A stretch of 32,000 bases of DNA from Methanothermobacter tenebrarum. GTDB lineage: Archaea > Methanobacteriota > Methanobacteria > Methanobacteriales > DSM-23052. The first letter of the stretch is position 1; every line of letters starts with the position of its first letter. The stretch spans positions 4,629 through 36,628 of the forward strand of contig NZ_QLOE01000007.1 of the NCBI RefSeq assembly GCF_003264935.1. The letters run 5' to 3'. The notes under the pieces were generated by a model, which was given only the letters and a program-made list of their open reading frames with translations, was not told the DNA's origin and made no database searches. Positions 8,882 to 16,910 of this stretch are shown here, one piece after another. Position numbers and translations under genes: made by a program.

Positions 8882-10090
8882 AAAATCTATTCTGGCTTTT
8901 AAAGATGCGATAAGAGAATATAAAAATATGTATCTTTTTTTAAGTATCCATGGAATCTTCAACTTTGAGGGTTCAAAAAAGGCTATTATGCTATCAATAA
9001 AATCCATTCTAGGAAAATTACCATCATACAGAGAATTCCTGTGTAATTTTTTCTTCACATATAAATTGTAGATTTGCGAGAGAATAACCTTTTCAGGCTC
9101 GATAGGTTCTATTTCACAAATTTCCTTGTTCTTCATGTTCTTGAGGATTTTAGAGTTTTTTCTGGCTATGATAAGGGTCTTACCCTTTCTTTCACTTGCA
9201 AATTCGGCCAACCACGGGTCTCCAAAAGAAATATCAGAAAGCTCTGCCATATGGTCAACGCAAAGTTCGCATCTTTTGGGGACAAAAAGTTGCCCAAATC
9301 CGGATCCCCAATAATCAGATAATAATATTCTGATTCTGCCACCTGATTTTGTTTCAATTTTTAATTTTCCCGGCCAGCCTTCTCCACGATAAATTATATT
9401 TTTAACTTCTTCTTTTTTGACGTTAAGTTTTTTAAGTAGGAATTCTGTTGCCTTGAAACTAGGTGTATGATTGCAGAATATGCCAAGATGGTACTTTATC
9501 CTTTTTTTTAATTTTCTGTTGATCTTTTCTGCTTTTCTTATTCCATGTATGTGGCATGGTAAGCCCACAATGGCATATTTTCCTGGGGTTTTGAGTATTT
9601 CTTTTAATGCGACGTTTGCTGGTACTGGGCAATATTTGGATCCTTTTGATTCCTTTATTTCTTGTGTTGTGCGGGCTATGAATGGTTCAGGTTCAAAGGG
9701 TTTTTTGGGATTCATACGGGTTACGAGCGCACCATCAATAAAATTTTTTTCAAGTAGGTATAATAAGATTTGAGTTATCATACCTCCCGAAGATGAATTG
9801 TACCTTAATTTTTCATTTAATGAATAGCCAATGTAACAGCCCTTGTAGTTTCCAATTAGTAAATTTTTTGGTTGTTTCCCAAAAATATCATCGTTAAGTT
9901 CTCTGAAGTCTACACCAATCCCAGGGCAAACTCTAATGCATTTCATGCATTCATCACATTCCCCATTGATGATTGGCACATATAATCCCTTTTTTTGGTC
10001 GATTTCCATTCTTATAATATTTTGGGGGCATAAGGCTGCGCAAGTCCCGCAACCAATGCACAGATCCTCTATTTCGCCGACGTTTTTCAT
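8867..10090 (-). CDS. FrhB-family (coenzyme F420 hydrogenase/dehydrogenase beta-like) Fe-S flavoprotein
   Basis: 407 aa. The N-terminus has two 4Fe-4S ferredoxin motifs, CIGCGTCAALCP and CDECMKCIRVCP, followed by an FrhB-like body (GLPCHIHG, FCNHTPS). Its 3' end overlaps the pyruvyl transferase 3' end convergently by 15 nt. Confidence 0.8.
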   Translation of the reverse strand: MKNVGEIEDLCIGCGTCAALCPQNIIRMEIDQKKGLYVPIINGECDECMKCIRVCPGIGVDFRELNDDIFGKQPKNLLIGNYKGCYIGYSLNEKLRYNSSSGGMITQILLYLLEKNFIDGALVTRMNPKKPFEPEPFIARTTQEIKESKGSKYCPVPANVALKEILKTPGKYAIVGLPCHIHGIRKAEKINRKLKKRIKYHLGIFCNHTPSFKATEFLLKKLNVKKEEVKNIIYRGEGWPGKLKIETKSGGRIRILLSDYWGSGFGQLFVPKRCELCVDHMAELSDISFGDPWLAEFASERKGKTLIIARKNSKILKNMKNKEICEIEPIEPEKVILSQIYNLYVKKKLHRNSLYDGNFPRMDFIDSIIAFFEPSKLKIPWILKKRYIFLYSLIASLKARIDFLGKL

Positions 10091-11535
10091 GCTTCTTTCC
10101 CTAACAAGTTATTCAATAATAGTCTGTCATCATCTCCGAAGGTTCTCAATAGGAAGAGGGATATGAAGTAAATGAGTGTGGCAAGGCCGATGAGGATGAA
10201 TGTGTTCAAGTTTTTTATTGGGTATATTGTTAGAGCCATTATGATTGATGCTATTAGGGGTTTTGTGAATGTCTGGTTTACTTTTATTGTTTTATAATAG
10301 CGTCCTATATAGAAGAAGAATAGAGTGTATAGTAGGAGTTCTGAGAGTACTGTGGCTATGCTTGCACCTATGTAGCTGTAGTAGGGTATTAGTATGAGGT
10401 TTAGGATGATGTTGAAGGCGGCGCTTATGCCTACGCTGAACATTCTATAGCCTTGTCTGTTTATGGATGTTAAAAGCGTTCCTGTGATGCTGCTGACGAG
10501 TCTGAAGGGTATGAATAGGGCTAGGATTTGGAATGCTATTATGGCACTGGTATATCCTCCAGCATATAGTATTGATATGAATTTGTCTGCAAGTATGAAG
10601 CATCCAGTGGCAACGGGAAAGCCCAAGATTGCGAGGTACTTAGATGAAATGATTGTAAACTTTTCTAGGGATTTTTTATTTTTTTTGTAGTATTTTGACA
10701 TTACAGGGTAGATTGCAGTTGACACTATCCCTGCGACAATCATGCTTAGACTCAGGAGGGGATTGTAGGCTGCATTGTAAATTCCTACGGCAACATCATC
10801 CTTTAAAAAACCTAGGAGTATAGTGTCTATTTTGAAGAAAAATACTGCAAATAGCGAATTCAAGCCGAATGGTAATCCCATTATTAAAAGTTTTTTCTGA
10901 AGTTCCCAATCGATTTTAAAGAGTGGTCTTATAAATTTTTTGAAGCTTATGGTTACTGCGACGATCATATCTATGATGCCTGCTAGCATATAAATGTATC
11001 CAACTGCTATCACGCCGTAGCCCATGAATAAGACCGTTAGAGTGAGGGTTACGATTATTATACGTTCTATGATCTGGAATAGTGCGACGTATTCCATTTT
11101 TTCCCAAGCTTGAAAAAGTGAAAGATAAGTACTTGAAAGTGTGAGAAGGATGTTGTATATCCCAAAAAGATATAATAAAATCGATAGTGTTTTAGGGAAC
11201 CTTAAGAGCCATGTTATGAGAACGATACCTATGAAGGTTAAAATTGAAAGAGAAACCTTTAATAGGATAGCGTTATTCACATAGTGTTCTGAAAGTTGTT
11301 TTTCCCTTGCGATCTCCCTTATAAGGAGTTGGTTAACGCCAAGGTCTGCGAATATTACAAAAAGACTTGTAAATGAAAATGCGAAATTATATTTTCCAAA
11401 ATCGGCTTCTCCGAGAAACCTTGCAAGGTATATGACCAGTACAAAGGATATCAGAGCAGTTAATATTTGTGCAGTTCCTGTCACTCCCATGTTCTTTACT
11501 ATTCTCTGAATCTGATTCATGTAACCACTGAACAT
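10087..11535 (-). CDS. Wzx-type oligosaccharide flippase (MOP/polysaccharide biosynthesis protein family)
   Basis: 482 aa, about 12-14 hydrophobic helices, with the N-terminal pattern typical of PST-family flippases (ARFLGEADFGKYNFAFSF). Its 3' end overlaps the start of the downstream FrhB-like gene by 4 nt. Confidence 0.8.
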   Translation of the reverse strand: MFSGYMNQIQRIVKNMGVTGTAQILTALISFVLVIYLARFLGEADFGKYNFAFSFTSLFVIFADLGVNQLLIREIAREKQLSEHYVNNAILLKVSLSILTFIGIVLITWLLRFPKTLSILLYLFGIYNILLTLSSTYLSLFQAWEKMEYVALFQIIERIIIVTLTLTVLFMGYGVIAVGYIYMLAGIIDMIVAVTISFKKFIRPLFKIDWELQKKLLIMGLPFGLNSLFAVFFFKIDTILLGFLKDDVAVGIYNAAYNPLLSLSMIVAGIVSTAIYPVMSKYYKKNKKSLEKFTIISSKYLAILGFPVATGCFILADKFISILYAGGYTSAIIAFQILALFIPFRLVSSITGTLLTSINRQGYRMFSVGISAAFNIILNLILIPYYSYIGASIATVLSELLLYTLFFFYIGRYYKTIKVNQTFTKPLIASIIMALTIYPIKNLNTFILIGLATLIYFISLFLLRTFGDDDRLLLNNLLGKEA

Positions 11536-11605
11536 TCTTTTATGATACTGACATTACCTCTTATTGAATATATTATTTAAGGCCAATGATTGGGGTTACT
11601 TTAAA

Positions 11606-11716
11606 TTAAAGACTGGATCCTTTGAAATAGGATGATAGAATTAGTATGGCCAATAGAGCGAGTATTATACTTATAATTAAAAGTAGGATGATATTCGGTG
11701 GATTGAGCTTTTTCAT
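11606..11716 (-). CDS. Possible 36-aa single-pass membrane peptide
   Basis: Translates to MKKLNPPNIILLLIISIILALLAILILSSYFKGSSL, a basic N-terminus plus one hydrophobic helix. GGTGAT lies a few nt upstream of the ATG and an in-frame TGA two codons upstream fixes the start. Too short for independent support. Confidence 0.3.
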   Translation of the reverse strand: MKKLNPPNIILLLIISIILALLAILILSSYFKGSSL

Positions 11717-11827
11717 CCATCATCATCACCCTAATGTCTACTTCTTAAGATTAAATTTTCACTTGTTGGCGTTTTTTTGATATAGTTTTTGTTATTGGTT
11801 TCCTCTGGAGATTTGATGTTAGGTGTT

Positions 11828-12730
11828 TTATTTTTGTGTGTCTTTGTATGCTGTGGTTGCTGCTATTGCCCCTTCTGCGCATGCTGTAATCCATTGGTTG
11901 AGGCCGCCGGTTATGTCTCCGGCCGCATAGACTCTTTCGATGTTGGTTCTTTGTTGTTTGTCGGTTATTATGTAACCGGCCTTGTCTAGTTTTATTCCCA
12001 GGTTTTTTGCTAGTTTGTTTATGGGTTCTTCTCCTATTGCTATGAATATTCCGTCGGTTTTTATTGTGCTGGTTTTTCCTGTTTTCTTGTTTTCTATTAT
12101 GGCCTCTTGGACTTTTTCTTTGCCTTTGATCTCTTTTAGTACAGTGTCCCAGATTATGGGGATTTTTTGTTTTTTTATTTGGTCTTGTAGGTATTTTTGA
12201 GCCCTTAGTTGGTCTCTTCTGTGTATTATTGTTGGTTTGGATCCTATTTTGTGTAGGAATATTGCTTCTTGTAGTGCGCTGTTTCCTCCTCCGATTACTA
12301 GGACTTTTTTGTTTTTGTATAGTGGTCCGTCGCATGTTGTACAGTATGATACTCCTCTTCCTAGGAATTCTTTTTCTCCTGGGATTTTTAGTCTTCGGTG
12401 GCGTGTGCCTGTGGCTAGTATTATTGTTTTGGTTGTGTAGGTGTCTTTTTTTGTTTCTATTTTAAAGTTTTTAGAGTTTTTTTCGATTTTTGTGACTTCT
12501 TCTAGTTCTTTGAGTTTTGCATGTTTTGTTGCTTGTTTTTTCATTTTTTGTATGAGTTTTTGGCCTTGTATTTTTTCGTATCCTGGGTAGTTTTCCATGA
12601 GTGGTACTTCTAGTCCTTTTCCTCCTGCTATTCCTTTTTCGAGTATGAGTGTTTTGCTTCCTTGTCTTCCGGCGTATATTGCTGCTGTTAGTCCGGCTGG
12701 TCCTGCTCCTATTATTATTATATCATACAT
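11828..12730 (-). CDS. trxB: Thioredoxin-disulfide reductase
   Basis: 300 aa. FAD motif [17 protein letters not shown], redox-active CTTCDG, NAD(P)H motif [12 protein letters not shown] and C-terminal YAAGD. Confidence 0.9.
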   Translation of the reverse strand: MYDIIIIGAGPAGLTAAIYAGRQGSKTLILEKGIAGGKGLEVPLMENYPGYEKIQGQKLIQKMKKQATKHAKLKELEEVTKIEKNSKNFKIETKKDTYTTKTIILATGTRHRRLKIPGEKEFLGRGVSYCTTCDGPLYKNKKVLVIGGGNSALQEAIFLHKIGSKPTIIHRRDQLRAQKYLQDQIKKQKIPIIWDTVLKEIKGKEKVQEAIIENKKTGKTSTIKTDGIFIAIGEEPINKLAKNLGIKLDKAGYIITDKQQRTNIERVYAAGDITGGLNQWITACAEGAIAATTAYKDTQK

Positions 12731-12744
12731 TGGCTTGGTCTCCG

Positions 12745-12770
12745 AAAATTTTATAAACTTTATATTACTT
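12745..12770. promoter_or_regulatory. Bidirectional archaeal TATA region serving the tRNA pair (+) and trxB (-)
   Basis: AAATTTTATAAACTTTATATTA lies about 20-30 nt upstream of the tRNA-Glu 5' end (12783) and about 20-35 nt upstream of the trxB ATG (12730) on the other strand. This is a sequence-pattern call only. Confidence 0.45.
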
Positions 12771-12782
12771 AGAATAATATGT

Positions 12783-12857
12783 GCTCCGATAGTGTAGTCC
12801 GGCCAATCATCTCGGCCTCTCGAGCCGAGGACCCGGGTTCAAATCCCGGTCGGAGCA
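12783..12857 (+). tRNA. tRNA-Glu (anticodon CUC)
   Basis: Hand-folded cloverleaf. Acceptor GCTCCGA/TCGGAGC, D arm GTGTAGTCCGGCCAATCAT (archaeal tRNA-Glu-like), anticodon stem TCGGC/GCCGA with loop CT-CTC-GA, T arm CCGGG-TTCAAAT-CCCGG, discriminator A. CCA is not encoded. Confidence 0.9.
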
Positions 12858-12861
12858 TTTT

Positions 12862-12935
12862 GCGGCGTTGGTCCAGCCTGGTTAAGACACTGGCCCCCCA
12901 AGCCAGTGACCCGGGTTCAAATCCCGGACGCCGCA
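12862..12935 (+). tRNA. tRNA-Gly (anticodon CCC)
   Basis: Acceptor GCGGCGT/ACGCCGC, anticodon stem CTGGC/GCCAG with loop CC-CCC-AA, T arm CCGGG-TTCAAAT-CCCGG, discriminator A. It starts 4 nt after tRNA-Glu and is followed by a T-run. Confidence 0.85.
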
Positions 12936-12938
12936 CTT

Positions 12939-13535
12939 TTATAGTGTTGCGATTTCTCCTGCTGATGTTATTTCGAGTTTTTCGGGGTCTATGAATCCCA
13001 TGTTTCTTAGTTCTCTTATGTGGTTGTATGTCATGCCCCTGCTTATCCCGAGTTTTAGGGCGAGGTTTTTTACTGAGGTTTCTCCTTTTTTGAGTTCTTC
13101 TAGTAGTTTCTTTTTTGTCTTGGATATTCCGAAGCTTAGTATTGGCAGGTCTATTATTTCTCCTTCTTCTTCTGTTACGTAGGCTATTCTTTGGACGTCG
13201 TTGTTTCTGGCGTAGCATCCGAATAGTACTCCTAGGGCTTGGGTTTTTCTTCCTCCGCTTATGTTCACTACTATTTTTCTTCCTTTTGCTCTTTCTTCGT
13301 CTATTGTGTCTACTGTGTCCTTGGCTATTTGGACTACGTCGTATAGGCTTGTTTCTTTTATTTGTACTTTGATGAATTTTCCTAGTGTGTCTTCTATGAT
13401 CTTTTGTACTTGTTCTTTTTCTTTTGGTGGTTCTTCTTCCATTATTAGGACGACTTTTCTGGGTGAGAATTGTGTTATGCAGATCATGACTGGTTCTATG
13501 GAGTATACTGTTGATATTAGGGTTGTTTCCATCAA
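12939..13535 (-). CDS. Csa3-type CARF domain + winged-HTH transcription regulator (CRISPR-locus-related DNA-binding protein family)
   Basis: 198 aa. The N-terminal Rossmann-like domain has NISGGRK (13245-13265), matching the CARF [DN]x[ST]xxx[RK] motif. The C-terminal wHTH reads [35 protein letters not shown] lies 8 nt upstream of the ATG. Confidence 0.7.
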   Translation of the reverse strand: MMETTLISTVYSIEPVMICITQFSPRKVVLIMEEEPPKEKEQVQKIIEDTLGKFIKVQIKETSLYDVVQIAKDTVDTIDEERAKGRKIVVNISGGRKTQALGVLFGCYARNNDVQRIAYVTEEEGEIIDLPILSFGISKTKKKLLEELKKGETSVKNLALKLGISRGMTYNHIRELRNMGFIDPEKLEITSAGEIATL

Positions 13536-13716
13536 TTACTCCTCCTATATGAAATTTTTATGTGTGGGCATCTAATGGTATATTTTCCACATTTATAAAT
13601 AATATTATTATTTGTATGGTTGATATATTACATTGTCTGTTTATTCCTTTGAATCCCTCTATGTGTGGTTAAATTTTTTATGTTTCTTGTGGCCTGATAT
13701 ATTATCATGGGGGTTT
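13536..13716. promoter_or_regulatory. Divergent promoter region with an exact 10-bp direct repeat TGATATATTA (13621-13630 and 13695-13704)
   Basis: 181-bp AT-rich spacer between divergent genes. It has TATA-like elements (CATTTATAAATAA near 13590-13602, plus the two repeat copies). The repeats could be TATA boxes or operator half-sites. Confidence 0.45.
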
Positions 13717-15264
13717 ATGGTCTTGGAGGTTTGGAGGTCTTTGGATGATGGTTTGTTTCTTTGTAGGGTGAAGGTTTATGTTCCTGACAAGCCCGGTTCC
13801 TTGGCGAAGATCGCCAGTTATTTCGCAGATTATGGTATAAACATTTCATATTTTTATTATAATAGGTCTGAGCACCCCAATCGTGTCCTAGTTGAAGGGA
13901 AATCCGAGGATAATATATTCAAGCCTCTTTACAAGGATCTTTCAAGGGAAGGTTTCTTCAGGGAATTGTACGAGGAAGATCTCCAAATCACAAACTTGGA
14001 TAATATCCTTAAGGTTTCTGTTTATCTTGAAAACAAACCCGGGACACTCGCAGACTTCGCACGTATACTCAAAGGACATGATGCAAACGTAACCTACATG
14101 GTCTATAATGAGATGATATCAGAGAACAGGGCCGAGATAGCATTTTATGTGAAGGATCCTGGGGAGATTAGTGAACTTGCCAGGGAACTGAATGATCTAG
14201 GTTATCATTACAATTTTGAATATAGTGGAATTGATAAGGAGGAATCTGATAGGATAATCGGCTTAAACCTTGTTGAAATGTTCTACTTCAAACTCAGAGA
14301 AATACTAGACGATAAAGAAGTTGACAAAATAAAAAAGCTCGTTAACACCTCGAAAAAGCTCTCAGATACTCTCTTAAAGTTTAATAGGGAGGCTGGTCGG
14401 AACCTTGAAGCCGGCCAAGTATTCGGGAACATACTAGCACTTGCAATATCATCCAGGACGAAAATGGGGGACTCATTCCATTATAAGAGATTGCCTAGTC
14501 TGCCTGTGGGTGATATACTCTTACATGCCTTCAGGCCCCCGACTGGAGGCAACATCTACCTTTTAGAATATGATGATGATCTTGTGATGATTGACGGCTC
14601 CTATGGCATATACTATGATAATGTGAAGGTTATGTTGGAGGAGAATGGTTTGGATCCTTCAATGATAAATAGGATCTACCTTTCACATGCTGATGCCGAT
14701 CATGCCGGTCTTAGCGGATATTTCCAAGAGGAATATGGTGCGAAGGTTTTCATGCACCCAAGTGCAAAGGATATTATAAGAGAGGATAATCGTGCGGCAG
14801 GTTCAAACACCCCACTTCTTGAACTCAACCATTACTTCACGGTCCTCGTGAACCATTTCACAGAATGTAAGTTTCCAGAGACCTGGCAGGCCTACAAGAC
14901 AAAAAAGGAAGGCGAAATTGGAGAGTTCCCAATAATCGACAATTTCAAGGTGGGGGATCTTCACTTTAAAGTTCTTGAAAGTCTTGGGGGTCATATACCA
15001 GGGCAGGTTTTCTTTTTATCAGAGGATGCGGGGCTCTTGTTTACTGCAGATTATCTGTTATATGTACCTAGTTTAGAAGGTGATGAGAGAAGATTCTTGA
15101 ATATTCCAAGGTTTCTTATGACAAGCACCAATGCAAATTCAATGCTATTCCATGAAGAAATGCAAAAACTAGAAGAATTGGCGAAGAAAATCGACAAAAC
15201 TGGGAGAGGCTTGTTAATCTTACCAGGGCATGGAGACTATTATCCCATAAGATTAGCCCCATAA
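13717..15264 (+). CDS. Tandem ACT domains fused to a metallo-beta-lactamase-fold hydrolase
   Basis: ACT 1 is VKVYVPDKPGSLAKIASYFADYGINI and ACT 2 is LKVSVYLENKPGTLADFARILKGHDANV. The MBL motifs are SHADADHAG (an H-x-D-x-D-H variant of HxHxDH), GGHIPGQ, TADYL and LPGHG. The track ORF opens at TTG 13633. I place the start at the first ATG (13717), but TTG 13723/13741/13753 or GTG 13768 after the tandem GGAGG boxes are also possible. Confidence 0.75.
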   Translation: MVLEVWRSLDDGLFLCRVKVYVPDKPGSLAKIASYFADYGINISYFYYNRSEHPNRVLVEGKSEDNIFKPLYKDLSREGFFRELYEEDLQITNLDNILKVSVYLENKPGTLADFARILKGHDANVTYMVYNEMISENRAEIAFYVKDPGEISELARELNDLGYHYNFEYSGIDKEESDRIIGLNLVEMFYFKLREILDDKEVDKIKKLVNTSKKLSDTLLKFNREAGRNLEAGQVFGNILALAISSRTKMGDSFHYKRLPSLPVGDILLHAFRPPTGGNIYLLEYDDDLVMIDGSYGIYYDNVKVMLEENGLDPSMINRIYLSHADADHAGLSGYFQEEYGAKVFMHPSAKDIIREDNRAAGSNTPLLELNHYFTVLVNHFTECKFPETWQAYKTKKEGEIGEFPIIDNFKVGDLHFKVLESLGGHIPGQVFFLSEDAGLLFTADYLLYVPSLEGDERRFLNIPRFLMTSTNANSMLFHEEMQKLEELAKKIDKTGRGLLILPGHGDYYPIRLAP

Positions 15265-15345
15265 GATCCTATTTAAGGCCTCCCTATTACTTTTCCTTTG
15301 GGGGGTGGCCTGATTCCCGGAATATTGGGGGGGTGGATCCCCGTC

Positions 15346-15360
15346 TTTTTTTGGATTTTT
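15346..15360 (+). terminator. Oligo-T tracts (T7 then T5) downstream of the ACT-MBL gene
   Basis: CCCCGTCTTTTTTTGGATTTTT lies about 80 nt after the stop at 15264. Archaeal termination typically uses oligo-T. Pattern-based call only. Confidence 0.35.
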
Positions 15361-15370
15361 GATGGGGGGT

Positions 15371-15709
15371 TTATTCCTTGCTCTTTTCTTTGAACCATCC
15401 TGCTTCTTCCATGGCCTTTAGCGCTATTTTGGTGCTTTTGTCATCGCCTCTTGCCACGCTTATTCCAACTTTTTCCCCGGTAGCTTCTATTATCTTGCCT
15501 ATTGTCTTGTGTGTGAATCCTGGGCATAATATTATTGAATGTATTCCTTGTTTGACGAGTTCCTGGCATACTTCTATCGCCTGGTCCTCATCTTTTACTA
15601 GGATGCTTGTAAGTTCATATAGGCTTGTTTCGATCTTGCATTTGTCCCTTTGTGGTTCTGCATCTGGTACATATGCTATGAATGCGGTCTTAAATTTTTC
15701 AGTGCTCAT
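15371..15709 (-). CDS. Small conserved alpha/beta protein of unknown function (resembles DUF6506-type proteins, from memory)
   Basis: 112-aa ORF with clean coding texture. KTAFIAYVPDAEP...AIEVCQELVKQGIHSIILCPGF suggests alternating strand/helix structure. I recognised no catalytic motif. Confidence 0.5.
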   Translation of the reverse strand: MSTEKFKTAFIAYVPDAEPQRDKCKIETSLYELTSILVKDEDQAIEVCQELVKQGIHSIILCPGFTHKTIGKIIEATGEKVGISVARGDDKSTKIALKAMEEAGWFKEKSKE

Positions 15710-15753
15710 ATTAATATAAGATGGGGGAAATATAATATATACTTTTACTCTGT

Positions 15754-15954
15754 GTGTTGGGGGGTTTGTTAGGTTTGATACATTATAGGTTGGATGCGCC
15801 TGAAACTGTTAAATGTTCAGTTTGTGGTGGGGTTGCAGTTGAAATTGAGGAAGAATATCCTGAGGGAAATTTTGTCATGATAACCTATAAGTGTAGGGAT
15901 TGTGGACATATAGAAAGGAGGCAATATGGTAGGCCTACGAGTATAATAGATTAG
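15754..15954 (+). CDS. Small zinc-ribbon protein (CxxC...CxxC)
   Basis: CSVCGG and CRDCGH are separated by 27 residues. The ORF has only GTG/TTG start options (GTG 15754 or downstream TTGs), and a TATA-like AAATATAATATATAC lies at about 15729-15743. Start uncertain. Confidence 0.4.
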   Translation: MLGGLLGLIHYRLDAPETVKCSVCGGVAVEIEEEYPEGNFVMITYKCRDCGHIERRQYGRPTSIID

Positions 15955-16015
15955 TTCGTTATAGATAGATATAACGAACAATATAAGATCCACCAATAAC
16001 ATATGGGGGGATGAA

Positions 16016-16687
16016 ATGAAAACAGACTATGGGACCATCTCCGAGAAAATGAAGGATAAACTGGGACTTGAAAGATCCCCAGTGGCTGTTAAACTCGTGC
16101 TCCGCGAAGAAGACTTGCCCAAAGGCATTGAAAGGATAAGCGAGCCGGCAAGACACTGTGAAATGGTGATGAAAGCAAGCAGGGGCGAAATGTTCTACGC
16201 ACTAGCAGAGGACCAAGAATGCAAAGGAGGAGCAGGTGCCATCGGAGCCGATGAAATGCCAGAAAAAGTGAAAACCGGAGAATTCTACTATGAACTAGGC
16301 CGATTCTCAAGTTTCCCAGCCGCGAAAAGAACACTAGACCTAATCCCAAAAATAGATCTAAGATTCTATGCCGTAGTGTACGCACCACTAGAAAAAATAG
16401 AATTCGACCCAGATGTTATAATAGTGGTCTGTAACCCAGCCCAAGCCCTAAGGTTAGTCCAAGCCCTAGTCTATACCAAAGGTGGCAGAGCCAGGGGAGA
16501 CTTTGCAGGTATACAATCAATCTGTGCAGATGCAGTGGCAGGACCATACATGAGAGGCGAAGCCAACATAACACTAGCCTGCAGCGGGTCAAGACAATAC
16601 TCCGACATAAAAGAAGATGAACTCATAGTCGGTTTAACAGCCGAAAACATAGACTGTATAATAGAAGCACTCGAAGAAATGGCATAA
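16016..16687 (+). CDS. DUF169 (COG2043) family protein
   Basis: 223 aa. The N-terminus LGLERSPVAVKLV and the overall pattern (HCEMVMKASRGEMFYA, ECKGGAGAIG, CNPAQALRLVQA, GIQSICADAV) match my memory of the DUF169 family. GGGGGATGAA precedes the ATG. Confidence 0.75.
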   Translation: MKTDYGTISEKMKDKLGLERSPVAVKLVLREEDLPKGIERISEPARHCEMVMKASRGEMFYALAEDQECKGGAGAIGADEMPEKVKTGEFYYELGRFSSFPAAKRTLDLIPKIDLRFYAVVYAPLEKIEFDPDVIIVVCNPAQALRLVQALVYTKGGRARGDFAGIQSICADAVAGPYMRGEANITLACSGSRQYSDIKEDELIVGLTAENIDCIIEALEEMA

Positions 16688-16706
16688 AATATGGGGGGAT
16701 GGTCTT

Positions 16707-16910
16707 TTGGTAGAGATAACCGAAGTATTGGATGAAGCACGTGACTTAGCCGAAAAGATAAAAAAGTATAGGAAAGAGGCTGAGAGCGAGATTATAGCCT
16801 GCTGGGTCTATGATGTTCTGCTTTCAATGGAGAAGTTGGCCAAGATAGTTGAAGAACTACAGGATAGGGTAGATTTGCTCGAGGAGGAGCTAGAAGGTAA
16901 AAAATTCTAG
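16707..16910 (+). CDS. Small acidic coiled-coil protein, hypothetical
   Basis: 67-aa ORF with a TTG start 20 nt after the DUF169 stop. It is heptad-like (LAKIVEELQDRVDLLEEELEGK). No family recognised. Confidence 0.35.
   Translation: MVEITEVLDEARDLAEKIKKYRKEAESEIIACWVYDVLLSMEKLAKIVEELQDRVDLLEEELEGKKF

Noticed and set aside
11751-12335. 194-aa R/K/N/T/Q-rich ORF on the minus strand overlapping trxB in another frame
   Set aside because: trxB is written with A/C-ending codons, so its sense strand is T-poor. Stop codons (TAA/TAG/TGA) therefore become rare in all sense frames. The product is low-complexity, and the trxB frame has unmistakable FAD/NADPH/CxxC motifs. It is a shadow ORF.
12731-13000. 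An integrated mobile element targeting the tRNA-Glu/tRNA-Gly pair
   Set aside because: I found no integrase, no duplicated tRNA 3' segment (att-like direct repeat) and no codon-style change in the flanking genes, which are both native-style.
12769-13218. 149-aa minus-strand ORF running through both tRNA genes into the Csa3-like gene
   Set aside because: It spans two well-folded tRNAs and the alternative frame of a T-depleted gene. The basic low-complexity translation has no coding support.
13633-13716. TTG at 13633 as the start of the ACT-MBL gene
   Set aside because: The extra 28 residues (SVYSFESLYVWLNFLCFLWPDILSWGF) lie in the AT-rich promoter spacer, overlap the TATA-like repeats and precede the first ACT domain without any domain signal. 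This is probably just open frame.
16089-16388. 99-aa R/L-rich minus-strand ORF antisense to DUF169
   Set aside because: It is antisense to an A/C-rich native-style gene, with a low-complexity Arg/Leu product. DUF169 motifs explain the locus.
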